The notes beneath the pieces were generated by a model. It searched no databases and had not been told where the DNA came from. It saw only the letters and a list, made by a program, of their open reading frames with translations. The translations under genes and the position numbers were made by a program. This document shows positions 48,331 through 57,940 of a stretch of 64,000 nt of DNA, in pieces. Source of the stretch: Gammaproteobacteria bacterium (lineage in GTDB: Bacteria; Pseudomonadota; Gammaproteobacteria; UBA4575); contig CBDBDH010000001.1 in NCBI GenBank assembly GCA_965203725.1, positions 644,686 to 708,685 on the forward strand. Reading direction: 5' to 3'. Position 1 is the stretch's first letter. Each line of letters starts with the position of its first letter.

Positions 48331-49629
48331 ATGAACGGCCTGTGTCGTGACTGCGGCGAGGTGTCGCTGGTCGAGGACGCCCGTGCGTGTCCTGCGTGCG
48401 GATCTGTGCGCCTGGTGCGCCATGCGGAACTGCATGAACTGGCCATCGCCCACCTCGACTGCGATGCTTTCTATGCCGCGATCGAAAAGCGTGACCATCC
48501 GCAGTGGCGCGACCAGCCGCTGATCGTCGGCGGCGCCCACCGCGGCGTGGTGGCGGCCTGCTGCTACCTGGCCCGCGCCCACGGCGTACGCTCGGCCATG
48601 CCCATGTTCCAGGCCCTGAAGGCCTGCCCGGACGCCATCGTGGTGCGCCCGGACATGAAACGCTACCGGCAGGTCAGCGAACAACTTCGCACCATGATGC
48701 TCGCGCTCACTCCCCTGGTGGAGCCCCTGTCGATCGATGAGGCCTACCTGGACTTGACCGGCACCACGGCCCTGCATGGCAAGAGCCCGGCAAAAAGTCT
48801 CACGGAACTGGTTCGCAAGGTGGAGAACGAACTGGAGATCACCGTGTCTATCGGCCTCAGCTACAACAAGTTCCTGGCCAAGATCGCCTCCGACCTGGAC
48901 AAGCCCCGCGGCTTCTCGATGATCGGGCGGGGCGAAGCGCAGGCCTTCCTCGCGGAGAAGCCGGTGGAGCTCTTGTGGGGCGTGGGCCGGGCCCTGCAGC
49001 AGCGGTTGGCGCACGACGGCATCACGCGGATCGGGCAGTTGGTCCCCCTGCAGGAGGCGGTGCTGGTGGCGCGCTACGGCAAGATCGGCCACTGGCTGTA
49101 CGGCTGCGCCCGCGGCCGGGATGCGCGCACCGTCAATCCCGAGCGCGAGGCGAAAAGCCTGTCCTCGGAGATCACGCTACAGCAGGATACCGCCGACCTC
49201 GAGACACTTCGCACTACCTTGTGGAAGCTCAGCGAGACCCTGTCGGGGCGCATGAAAAAGGCCGGCGTGATGGGCCGCGGCGTGATCCTGAAACTCAAGA
49301 CCGCGGACTTTCGCCTGTTGACCCGCTCCCGACGACTGGAAACCCCGAGCCACTCGCCCGAGTCCATGTTCCGCATCGCCGAGACCCTGCTCGAGCGCGA
49401 GGCCGACGGGCGCGCCTTTCGACTGATCGGCATCGGTGCCGCCCCGCTGATTGCGGCCGACCCGATGCACCAGGACGATCTTTTCGCGAAGGCCGAAGAG
49501 GGTGCGGGCGAGACCCCGGTCGACCAGGTCATGGATGCGATCGAGGAGAAGTTCGGCCCCCGGGCCGTGGTGCGCGGGCGCGGCTTCGGCGTGGAACTGA
49601 AACGCCAGGGGCCGAGCAAGGCCGAGTAG
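48331..49629 (+). CDS. dinB: DNA polymerase IV (Y-family) with N-terminal CxxC...CxxC zinc-ribbon extension
   Basis: LDCDAFYAAIE and SIDEAYLD catalytic blocks; N-terminal CRDCGEVSLVEDARACPACGS. Confidence 0.8.
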   Translation: MNGLCRDCGEVSLVEDARACPACGSVRLVRHAELHELAIAHLDCDAFYAAIEKRDHPQWRDQPLIVGGAHRGVVAACCYLARAHGVRSAMPMFQALKACPDAIVVRPDMKRYRQVSEQLRTMMLALTPLVEPLSIDEAYLDLTGTTALHGKSPAKSLTELVRKVENELEITVSIGLSYNKFLAKIASDLDKPRGFSMIGRGEAQAFLAEKPVELLWGVGRALQQRLAHDGITRIGQLVPLQEAVLVARYGKIGHWLYGCARGRDARTVNPEREAKSLSSEITLQQDTADLETLRTTLWKLSETLSGRMKKAGVMGRGVILKLKTADFRLLTRSRRLETPSHSPESMFRIAETLLEREADGRAFRLIGIGAAPLIAADPMHQDDLFAKAEEGAGETPVDQVMDAIEEKFGPRAVVRGRGFGVELKRQGPSKAE

Positions 49630-49749
49630 CGGATGGACACCCCCGGGGGTTTGCGTATGGCCCCTTCAGCGAGTAGATAGCCTTTGCCAAGCCCGAATTT
49701 GCGCTATGCTTGGCAGATGTCATTCGCACACCCTGGCCCTTCGGGCGCG

Positions 49750-50277
49750 ATGAAGTCGCCTTTGCTGAAATTCCTGCAGGACTGCAGGGTTCTGGTGATG
49801 GCCGGACTGGTAGCCTCGGCGTTTGCGGCACAAGCGGGCAGTCCCCTTGAGCTTTCACATCGAAACCTGTATTCCCTTTGTGCGCCGATGGATGCCGTGG
49901 TCGAACACATGACTGCGGGCCCGGCCAGGAAAATCGGCTTGGCAAGTTCTGCGATCGAAAACAAGCTCGAGTCGAAGCTTCGGGAGGCGCAGCTGCTGAA
50001 GGCCGAAACCAGCCAGTATCTCAGCATGCAAGTCAATCTCCTGGATCCCGGTGATTTTTACAGTGTCGAGCTGACCCTGAACCGGTACGTCGCGGACATG
50101 GGGTACGGGATCGGCGGATTCGTCTCGATATGGACGGCCCGTGACATGGGCAGGCATGGAGGAAAGAACGGGCCGGTCTTGACATCGGTCGAGGGACTGG
50201 TCGACGAATTTCTCGGCTATTATTTACAGGTGAATGAGGTGGAGTGCCAGGCCCGCAAGGACGCATCCGGGAACTGA
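49750..50277 (+). CDS. Hypothetical periplasmic protein
   Basis: Signal peptide MKSPLLKFLQDCRVLVMAGLVASAFAAQA from internal Met of track ORF. Confidence 0.4.
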   Translation: MKSPLLKFLQDCRVLVMAGLVASAFAAQAGSPLELSHRNLYSLCAPMDAVVEHMTAGPARKIGLASSAIENKLESKLREAQLLKAETSQYLSMQVNLLDPGDFYSVELTLNRYVADMGYGIGGFVSIWTARDMGRHGGKNGPVLTSVEGLVDEFLGYYLQVNEVECQARKDASGN

Positions 50278-50413
50278 GTCCCTGCCTTGCAGCTATGCGA
50301 ACGCCTGCTGTCTCCAGAGGCTTCCAGGGTGTACGGGCTGGTGCACCTCCCTTGGTTCTTTCAGGATGTCAAACCCTGCCGGTGCAGGCGGAAATTGCGG
50401 GATACGAGCCTTG

Positions 50414-50647
50414 ATGACACAGACCCATCGAATCGCAGGACTGTACCTGATGGCCGTCGCGTTGGCGGTTGCCGTCCAGTTTGTCCTGGAATCCACCTAC
50501 GCTTCGGCCTCCCTCACGCCCGCACAGGTCTGGCGAGTACTCGACTGGTTTTCGCTTGCCGGATTCGCACTTTGCTGCATTTTCAATTTCGCTTACATGC
50601 GCGCCATTGCCAAGGACGAGGTGGGGGGCGCATTGCCTCAAGCATAG
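50414..50647 (+). CDS. Small membrane protein (two TM helices)
   Basis: MTQTHRIAGLYLMAVALAVAVQFVL...WFSLAGFALCCIFNFAY. Confidence 0.3.
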   Translation: MTQTHRIAGLYLMAVALAVAVQFVLESTYASASLTPAQVWRVLDWFSLAGFALCCIFNFAYMRAIAKDEVGGALPQA

Positions 50648-50717
50648 CCTTTGGAGCACGGCTTTATCGAGGCTGACCGATCCTGAAGCTGTACGGGGAT
50701 CACGCAGAGCCTGCAAA

Positions 50718-50900
50718 ATGGTTTTATTGAGAATCAGGTATATCCACCAGCAGTTCTCCATCCAGAAAGTCGCCCACTACATCGGCATGAGCGTCAGCAC
50801 ACTGCAGCGCATCTTCAAGGGCTGTTCGGGTACCGCCAATTTCTCCATGGCGTTTCAGTGTGAATTCGGGTATCCGTCCTCTGCCTGTATGCGTAACTGA
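50718..50900 (+). pseudogene. Remnant of an AraC-family regulator gene (one HTH only)
   Basis: IQKVAHYIGMSVSTLQRIFKGCSGT... matches the first AraC-type HTH; too short for a complete domain. Lies at the GC-rich/AT-rich junction. Confidence 0.45.
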
Positions 50901-51335
50901 TCCGTCCCCGAAATTACATATGCATTCCTCATCAACCTTTAAGAAATTTTTTGCTAGAGCTGACGGCTTTGCAATCAGGCTGCTTACAGCTCGTACTTCA
51001 GTACACTATTGCTAACAGATCGTCTTCTATAATTTAAGTTGGCCAACGCAAGGTCTATAGAACACCTCTCCTGAAATTCTAAGTTTACAGTTAAAAGTGT
51101 TGTGTATAGGCCTTTCAGATACTCTCACCCTATCCCACCAACGCACCCAATTGAATGAAAGTACCGCCTGGAGTTCTGATAATTTTTGATAACCCATAGT
51201 AGATAGTGTAAGTTCACATCTTGCCTAGTAAGAGGAAGTCTCAGCTAAGCAATATTAGTTGTTCTCAAGCGCCGAGTCTGGACGGTGCGGGCACCACGAA
51301 GCTAGTGGCTAGCAGGGTCAGATAAAATAACAATA

Positions 51336-52637
51336 ATGAATCAGCAGTCCAGCACAGCGCAGCAATCAATCAGCCATTCGGATTTGAAGCAGTGGGCACA
51401 ACAAGATGCCCAAAACGATAACGCCAAAGGCAATAATTGTCATCAATCTTTCGAAGGGCGAATCCAACTAATTATGCAGCATTACACTGCTGATATTACG
51501 AAAAATTTTATCGGTGAATTCCAATCCCGGATAAAGGATATTCAAGATGACTTCTCGAAAATCGTAGGCCGCCTAGTAGACAATCCGGCACCCTACATCA
51601 AAGAGATTGAAACTCAAGTCAATGCAGCAATCGCCACAGCTGAAAAGCAATTTGCGCCCAAGATTAAGAATTTGCAAATGGAGCTTGCTGAATGGGAAGC
51701 TCGGTTCAAATCAGGCCTACACAACGGTATCTCAAACCCAAAAAATCAAAATCCTGTTTGGCACTGGGGTTTGATTCTTTTTCTTTTCGCTATAGAAGTC
51801 ATTCTCAACTCAAGGTTTTTTGCTGAAACAAGTGAATATGGATTATTGGGAGGGACTATGGCCGCAATCACCGTCTCGGTTGTGAATGTAGGCGTCCCAA
51901 TATTGTTAGGCTTCTTTGCACACAAACTGTATTACAGCAAAGGTGCTTTGCCGAATGCAGCTGGCATTGTAGTAATACTCTTGCTAGTAATTGTTGCAAG
52001 TGTTTTTAACTACCAAGTCGCCGAGTTTAGAGATCACATGCTGGGGGCTGCAGGTCATCCTCCTTCCCCATTTCCCGAATATTTTGCTTTGTTGACCATT
52101 GGGGGAGCAATCGCGATCATATCGTTTTGGAAAATGTTTAGTTACATGGACCCTTACGACAGACCGAGACGCTGTCATGAAAATAATGAACGAGCAATAA
52201 ATGACTATGAAAATACAGCACTGAAGCCAATCAGAGAGGCACAGAATGCTGTGAATGAGATTTTGAAAGAAATTCAAATTCAGTTGAATAAAACACAGGG
52301 TGTTATCGAAAGAGAAATAGCAGATTTTGACTATCGATGCACTGAAGCCATCAAAGATTCCAACAAAAGTGTCGATACCTATCACCACATTTATTGTCCC
52401 GTAAAAGCTGATCCAGATCCTCCAAAACCAGATTTCTCAGAGGAAGATTTTGATTTTTCGTCAGCCCAAAAATTTGTATCTAAAATAATAGGAAATTTGG
52501 AAGACAGTTGTCGTAAGGCAAAGGAAAATTGGCTGCCCCTCCACCAGAAGGTTAGACAAGACTTAGTGGATACTCACCAAAAATTTCAGGCAGTAGTTGT
52601 CGCGAATATTCAGGCAGCCATATCGCAGGCTAGCTAG
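51336..52637 (+). CDS. Hypothetical membrane protein (433 aa; N-terminal coiled-coil region, about four central TM helices, C-terminal cytoplasmic domain)
   Basis: About 40 % GC; TM segments WHWGLILFLFAIEVILNSRFF, AITVSVVNVGVPILLGFFAHKLYY, AAGIVVILLLVIVASVFNY, YFALLTIGGAIAIISFWKMF. Confidence 0.6.
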   Translation: MNQQSSTAQQSISHSDLKQWAQQDAQNDNAKGNNCHQSFEGRIQLIMQHYTADITKNFIGEFQSRIKDIQDDFSKIVGRLVDNPAPYIKEIETQVNAAIATAEKQFAPKIKNLQMELAEWEARFKSGLHNGISNPKNQNPVWHWGLILFLFAIEVILNSRFFAETSEYGLLGGTMAAITVSVVNVGVPILLGFFAHKLYYSKGALPNAAGIVVILLLVIVASVFNYQVAEFRDHMLGAAGHPPSPFPEYFALLTIGGAIAIISFWKMFSYMDPYDRPRRCHENNERAINDYENTALKPIREAQNAVNEILKEIQIQLNKTQGVIEREIADFDYRCTEAIKDSNKSVDTYHHIYCPVKADPDPPKPDFSEEDFDFSSAQKFVSKIIGNLEDSCRKAKENWLPLHQKVRQDLVDTHQKFQAVVVANIQAAISQAS

Positions 52638-52713
52638 CCGTTTCTGAAAACGTCATATACTGAAGTACCCCTCGACTGTATTCGACTTGTCAGATCGATA
52701 GTAAGGCATTTAC

Positions 52714-53532
52714 ATGAATGAAATGACCAAGACCTTGGCTGGAGTTGTGCTAGGTGCGATTGGTTTGACCGTAGTGGCTGGCTTCTTGTTTTATTCTGAG
52801 AAGGTTAAGGTAGAGCGCTCGCTTGTGAATCCGGTCTCACATTGCCCTGTTACGGAGTCAAAAACTGTTTGGAGCTTCTATAAGGTTCATCCACCCAGTA
52901 TCTTGAAGCGAACAGCCGTTCTGATTGATGCCACTGACCACATACCTGAGTCACACAGACACCAACTTGCTTCTTGGTTTGAGGAAGACTTCACGAATAC
53001 ACTTGTCCAATTTGAGCAGGTGGCAATTTACGAAGTAAGGCCTCAAAAAAATTCTGCGAACCCAGTGCTTGATGAACCCCACTTCAATCAATGCTCACCG
53101 CCAAGTGTGGCAAATAAATGGATAGAAAACCCAAGACTGGTGCGTATGAAATTCAAAGAGGAGTTTATGGAGAGAAAGCTGTCAGTTATTAGAGCACTTG
53201 CTTCTCAGGACGAAGCCAGATGGTCTCCTATCATGGAAATTGTAGAAATTTTGTTCAACGATTTTGACAGAATAGTCCTTGTTTCAGATCTGATGCAACA
53301 TACAACTAGTTGCTCTCTTTATAAGAGGAGAGATAGCAAAGGGAGTAAGAAGTTGGGCTGTCTAACAGATTCTCTGATGCCCCTAGACACTAAAAGTCTT
53401 GATGTAATCTTTCTCAAACGAAATAAGATAACCGCATTACAAGACAGCTCTCTGTTGAATTTTTGGCAAGAACACATCGAAGCGAGGCAGGGAACATTTT
53501 TAGTAAAAGCGCAATTGTCATCTATTGATTAG
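52714..53532 (+). CDS. Hypothetical N-terminally membrane-anchored protein (272 aa)
   Basis: TM TLAGVVLGAIGLTVVAGFLFY; low GC; 76 nt after the previous gene. Confidence 0.55.
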   Translation: MNEMTKTLAGVVLGAIGLTVVAGFLFYSEKVKVERSLVNPVSHCPVTESKTVWSFYKVHPPSILKRTAVLIDATDHIPESHRHQLASWFEEDFTNTLVQFEQVAIYEVRPQKNSANPVLDEPHFNQCSPPSVANKWIENPRLVRMKFKEEFMERKLSVIRALASQDEARWSPIMEIVEILFNDFDRIVLVSDLMQHTTSCSLYKRRDSKGSKKLGCLTDSLMPLDTKSLDVIFLKRNKITALQDSSLLNFWQEHIEARQGTFLVKAQLSSID

Positions 53533-53672
53533 ACTGATTCGTCGGGCACACACTTCACAGAACTTGAACTGGATTTTAGAGAAAGAATGTCTTTCTCCAT
53601 TACCTGACAATTTCTAGATTGAAGTTGACAAAATAGGACGTTAGTAGATTGCAGTCACTATGAGTGTGAAAG

Positions 53673-54182
53673 TCAATTTAGATAAACCCTTTTCCCATGC
53701 TTCCAATATTTAGGGTTGTAACTAATCTGGTTGCTCCATATTCCAAGTTTTTCTTCCTTAGCACAACGCTCTTGGCTTTTATATTGGTCGCTATACGCAG
53801 CTATGGCCAAGCCGTTTCTCACCATCCATTCACAAACATCCTTGCCGTCACAAAATACAATGCCCAAGGCACGATCAAATTTGTCGTAGCCTCGAATATC
53901 TACCTTTACGAATCGCCCACCAATCGCCTGTATTAATTCCCCTTTCGCCCACTTTCCCTGGTTGTACCATCGTCCATTCTTTTGGGCGAGTTGCCTATGT
54001 TCCGGTGCGTCCAACCCATACAAACGAATTTTGATTCCTTTCACTACAATATCGTCAGCATCAACTACAAAAGCCTTACCAGAAATAGTTTCCTCTTGTC
54101 TTGGGCTAAGTCTTGCCCAGACAAGTGGTAGTAACAAAGCCAAACAAATAATTAAAACTATGATTTCTATCACTGCTTCCAT
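53673..54182 (-). CDS. Membrane-anchored thermonuclease (staphylococcal-nuclease/SNase-like) protein
   Basis: N-terminal TM IEIIVLIICLALLLPLVWA; SNase signature FVVDADDIVVKGIKIRLYGLDAPEH. Confidence 0.65.
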   Translation of the reverse strand: MEAVIEIIVLIICLALLLPLVWARLSPRQEETISGKAFVVDADDIVVKGIKIRLYGLDAPEHRQLAQKNGRWYNQGKWAKGELIQAIGGRFVKVDIRGYDKFDRALGIVFCDGKDVCEWMVRNGLAIAAYSDQYKSQERCAKEEKLGIWSNQISYNPKYWKHGKRVYLN

Positions 54183-54704
54183 CTATTTTTGTCGTTTTAC
54201 ATTATCAAGGAGTAATACACAGTCTCGGTGGCAATCCGGATGACTATCCTCATAATCCATAAACTGTAGCAACTCCATGCTCTAGTGATGCTATTAAGCC
54301 AAGACGTCCTATAGCCTGACCGTCAAATATACTTGAAATGTCAGCTTTGCTATCACATTCAAATGTAATTTAGCCTTTATCAGATAGGCGGGCTATGTGT
54401 GGGGCTACGAAAAGACCATTGGTTCCATCCAATTGCTCCACAGAAGTCTCACATACTCACCATGGATTTATATGGCAACCAATTAAATGGCGAGAATTGC
54501 TAAAACCCGTAGCACGACAACGGGGTTCTATCCGTCCTATTTTGCGGTGAACTACTCTTTCCCTCTTTCTAGCCTTTAATGACAAATTTCTATTCTATTT
54601 ACTCAGGTGTAGCTTCAACTCCTATGTTTGAGTTTCTCCAATTAGACTTGCTTTTTTCTCTCATAATTTCTCTTTACTGTTCTCATCTCCGTAGCAAAAT
54701 GGAT

Positions 54705-56309
54705 TCATATAGCAGAATGAGTTTGTGCAGTCACGTGAGTGGCGAACCCTGAACCTGCCTCTGCATAGACGTTGAATACCGTCGATGCCCCGGCCTCTTT
54801 GAGCGGCTCGATCTCATCTGCAAACCGGGCAGTGGCCGCGACTTGACCCTTGAACTCGGCGTTCTTGAGCTCATCAAGCACGGCTAGGTTGGAAGTCAGG
54901 TTTGGCAGTGCCAACATTACTAGTTCAAGTGTGTGAGTGGCCTGCACACGATCCCAGAAGTCCGCATCGCTTGGGTCACCCAACAACACCGTGCGCCCGG
55001 TAGACTGCAGACGCTCGACCTTGACGGGGTTGGTATCCACGCCGACGACTGCCCCGCCGTGGCGCTTATGCATGTCATCATAGGCCCCGGTACCGACACG
55101 CCCCATGCCGATGATGGCGATCTTCGCACCACCAATATCGAGTGCATGGTCATCGGACAGTCGTTCCGGGCGCTGCAGGCGTTTCAGGAGTGCACCATGG
55201 CGGGTGTAGAGCGGGTGGGCCATGACATTGAGACCCGCGGCGATTGCGCATGACAGTGCCAATGCAATTGCGATGACGATCAGCCAGCTGCTGTCAATCC
55301 AGCCGTTTGCCGCACCGACTGCTGCGACGATTAGTCCGAACTCACTGAAGTTGGTCAAGTTCAGCGAGGCAAACAGCGAGGTCCGTGCGCGCAGCTTGTA
55401 GCCTGTCATCAGCACATAGAAAAGTGCCGTCTTGAGAAGCACGAACGGCGTGATTGCCACCCCGATGAGTACCGTCTGCAGTGTCAGCGGCCCGGACAGC
55501 CCGATGGACAGGAAGAAGCCGACCAGGAACAGGTTCTTGAAGCTGAGCATGGCCTTCGACATCTCAACGCCCTTGCTGTGGCTTGCGATCAACACGCCCA
55601 TGACCAGCGCACCCACGTAGCCCTTGAGCCCGATCAGCTCGAACAGTTGCGCCCCGCCCACGGCCAGCAAGAAACCGTACAGGACCAGAAGTTCCCCGTG
55701 CCCCACGCGGTCCAGGATGGCAGACAGTACTGGACGCAGGCCAATCAGCAGCACCAGGAGAATGGCCCACCCTGCCGGCCAATGGCCAGCCGATGCAGCA
55801 AGGAAGATGACGGCGGCCAGGTCCTGCACGAGGAGAATGCCGATGGCGATGCGCCCATGCAGGGAGGCCGTCTCCTCGCTGTCCTCCAGCGCCTTCACGG
55901 CGAACACGGTGCTCGAGAAGCTCAGGGCAAAGGCGATCAAAAGGGAGGTGGTGAAATCAAGATCTTCAAAGAGTGCCGCCCCTGCCAGCGCCAGCGCATA
56001 GATGAGCACCCCGAAAACCACCACGGTAATCGACATGTGCAGTCCCGTGACGGCCCACACCTGCGGGCGCGCGAAGGTGCGAAGGTTGAGCTTGAGGCCG
56101 ACGACGAACAGCAACAGGATGATGCCGAGTTCCGATAGTGCCTCGAGCATGGCGCCGCTGGTGACCCCGAACACGTTGAGCACGAAACCCGCAGCAAGGA
56201 AGCCGACCAGCGGCGGCAGGCCTGCGCTCCTCGACAAGAGACCGAACGCGAACGCAAGGCCGATCCAGGTGGCATCCCCCAGGGCGGTGGCGATGATGTC
56301 AAAACCCAT
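54705..56309 (-). CDS. Monovalent cation:proton antiporter-2 (CPA2, KefB/KefC-like) with C-terminal RCK/TrkA-N domain
   Basis: 12-13 TM Na_H exchanger core plus IAIIGMGRVGTG Rossmann. Confidence 0.8.
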   Translation of the reverse strand: MGFDIIATALGDATWIGLAFAFGLLSRSAGLPPLVGFLAAGFVLNVFGVTSGAMLEALSELGIILLLFVVGLKLNLRTFARPQVWAVTGLHMSITVVVFGVLIYALALAGAALFEDLDFTTSLLIAFALSFSSTVFAVKALEDSEETASLHGRIAIGILLVQDLAAVIFLAASAGHWPAGWAILLVLLIGLRPVLSAILDRVGHGELLVLYGFLLAVGGAQLFELIGLKGYVGALVMGVLIASHSKGVEMSKAMLSFKNLFLVGFFLSIGLSGPLTLQTVLIGVAITPFVLLKTALFYVLMTGYKLRARTSLFASLNLTNFSEFGLIVAAVGAANGWIDSSWLIVIAIALALSCAIAAGLNVMAHPLYTRHGALLKRLQRPERLSDDHALDIGGAKIAIIGMGRVGTGAYDDMHKRHGGAVVGVDTNPVKVERLQSTGRTVLLGDPSDADFWDRVQATHTLELVMLALPNLTSNLAVLDELKNAEFKGQVAATARFADEIEPLKEAGASTVFNVYAEAGSGFATHVTAQTHSAI

Positions 56310-56431
56310 GAAACTTATTGACTTTGATGTTGCACAATCCGGTTAACAGACGAACCGCACTACTATGCCATGGAAAGACGAGCCACCGTACCTTCCCATT
56401 GAGATGAGCGGCGCGTCTCAATCGAAAAATA

Positions 56432-57775
56432 TCAGGCTGCAGGATCCGGGTCGGGTGGCACAGATGTGCCCTTCGGCACGGACTTCAAATGCAGGTCTCT
56501 TTGCGGGTACGGAATCTGGATGCCGTGCTCGTGAAACAGGTTCCACACCCCCAGCAACACCAGGTTCTTGACGTTCGCACAGCCGTTCATCGGGTCCTTG
56601 ATCCAGATGCGGATCTCGAGGTCCACGGCACTGTCCCCGAATCCCTTCAAAAGACACGCCGGGGCGGGATCGGACAATACCCGCTCCACGCGGTTGGCGG
56701 CCTGCTTGCACAGCTCGATGGCCCGGTGCACGTCGCAGTCGTAGTGCACGCCAACCGGGATCTTCAGGCGCACGTTCTTGTGGCTGTACGACCAGTTCTC
56801 GACGCGGTTGGTGATCAGCTCCTCGTTCGGCACCAGGTGCTCGATGCCGTCACGCGTGATCACCGAGACATAGCGCGCCCCCAGGGTTTCGATCCTGCCG
56901 TACTCCCCGCCGATGTGCAGCGTGTCGCCGGGCTTGATGGACTTGTCGCTCAGCAGGATGAAGCCGGCCACGAGGTTCGAGAAGATCTTCTGCAGGCCGA
57001 ATCCCAGGCCGACGCCGATGGCCCCGCCGAAGACCACGAAGGCGGTGAGGTCGATGCCGACCGAGCCGAGCGCGAACAGGAAGGCGCCGACGATGATGAT
57101 GATCTTGAGGACCTTGGTGATCAGCACCTGGGCCGTTCTCGAGATCCCGGAACTGGCGTGGATGCGCGTCTCGATCATGCGGATGATCAGCAGCGCCAGC
57201 CACAGGAAGACGGCGACGGTGATGACCGAGGCCACCACGTCGAAGACACTGATCTCGGATTCTCCCAGGCGGAACTTCTTCGCATCCAGGAACTGCACCA
57301 GGGGGATCAGCCAGCCGAACACGTGCAGGGCCGCGATGCCCCAGACGAAGGTGGCGATGCTGCGGCTGATGGAAGTATCGGAGATGATCGAGGAGCCCAG
57401 GCGGATGATGGCCCAGGCCAAGGTCAGGATGATGGCCACCTCGATCAGCGCATGGGAGTGTCCGAGGATCACATACAGGCCCATGAAGGTGCCGAGCCAC
57501 ACCAACAACAATATCGGCACGGCGAACCGGTACAGCACGCCGGTGAGAAAGGACTGGATGCGGATGGACTCGAAGGGTTCGAGCTCGGCCAGCTTCCCGT
57601 TGATCTTCTTCGCGCCCACGAAGGTGATGAAGAGGCCTGCGCCGATGATCACAGCCTGGATGAAGTTGTCCAGGTTCAGGACATGCTGATCCACCCAGCC
57701 AAAAAGGCCCTGGAATACCCCGATCAGGCGCTCCGGGTACAGTACGTTCTCAACGAGTGATTGATTGTCTTCCAT
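56432..57775 (-). CDS. Mechanosensitive ion channel, MscS family
   Basis: Conserved MscS pore/beta-domain block LGFGLQKIFSNLVAGFILLSDKSIKPGDTLHIGGEYGRIE. Confidence 0.8.
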   Translation of the reverse strand: MEDNQSLVENVLYPERLIGVFQGLFGWVDQHVLNLDNFIQAVIIGAGLFITFVGAKKINGKLAELEPFESIRIQSFLTGVLYRFAVPILLLVWLGTFMGLYVILGHSHALIEVAIILTLAWAIIRLGSSIISDTSISRSIATFVWGIAALHVFGWLIPLVQFLDAKKFRLGESEISVFDVVASVITVAVFLWLALLIIRMIETRIHASSGISRTAQVLITKVLKIIIIVGAFLFALGSVGIDLTAFVVFGGAIGVGLGFGLQKIFSNLVAGFILLSDKSIKPGDTLHIGGEYGRIETLGARYVSVITRDGIEHLVPNEELITNRVENWSYSHKNVRLKIPVGVHYDCDVHRAIELCKQAANRVERVLSDPAPACLLKGFGDSAVDLEIRIWIKDPMNGCANVKNLVLLGVWNLFHEHGIQIPYPQRDLHLKSVPKGTSVPPDPDPAA

Positions 57776-57940
57776 CGTGCTCCAGGCTCACCGCCGCAAC
57801 CAATATACCATCGATCCAGCCCGGCATAGCTTCGGGGAACCACGAGAATCCGGAAACGGAAAAGCGGTCCGGGCACCCGGCGGAGACTCTCTCGTGCAGA
57901 CTTGCCTTTCGTCACAGTTGCAGCATAAAATTGTGTACGT

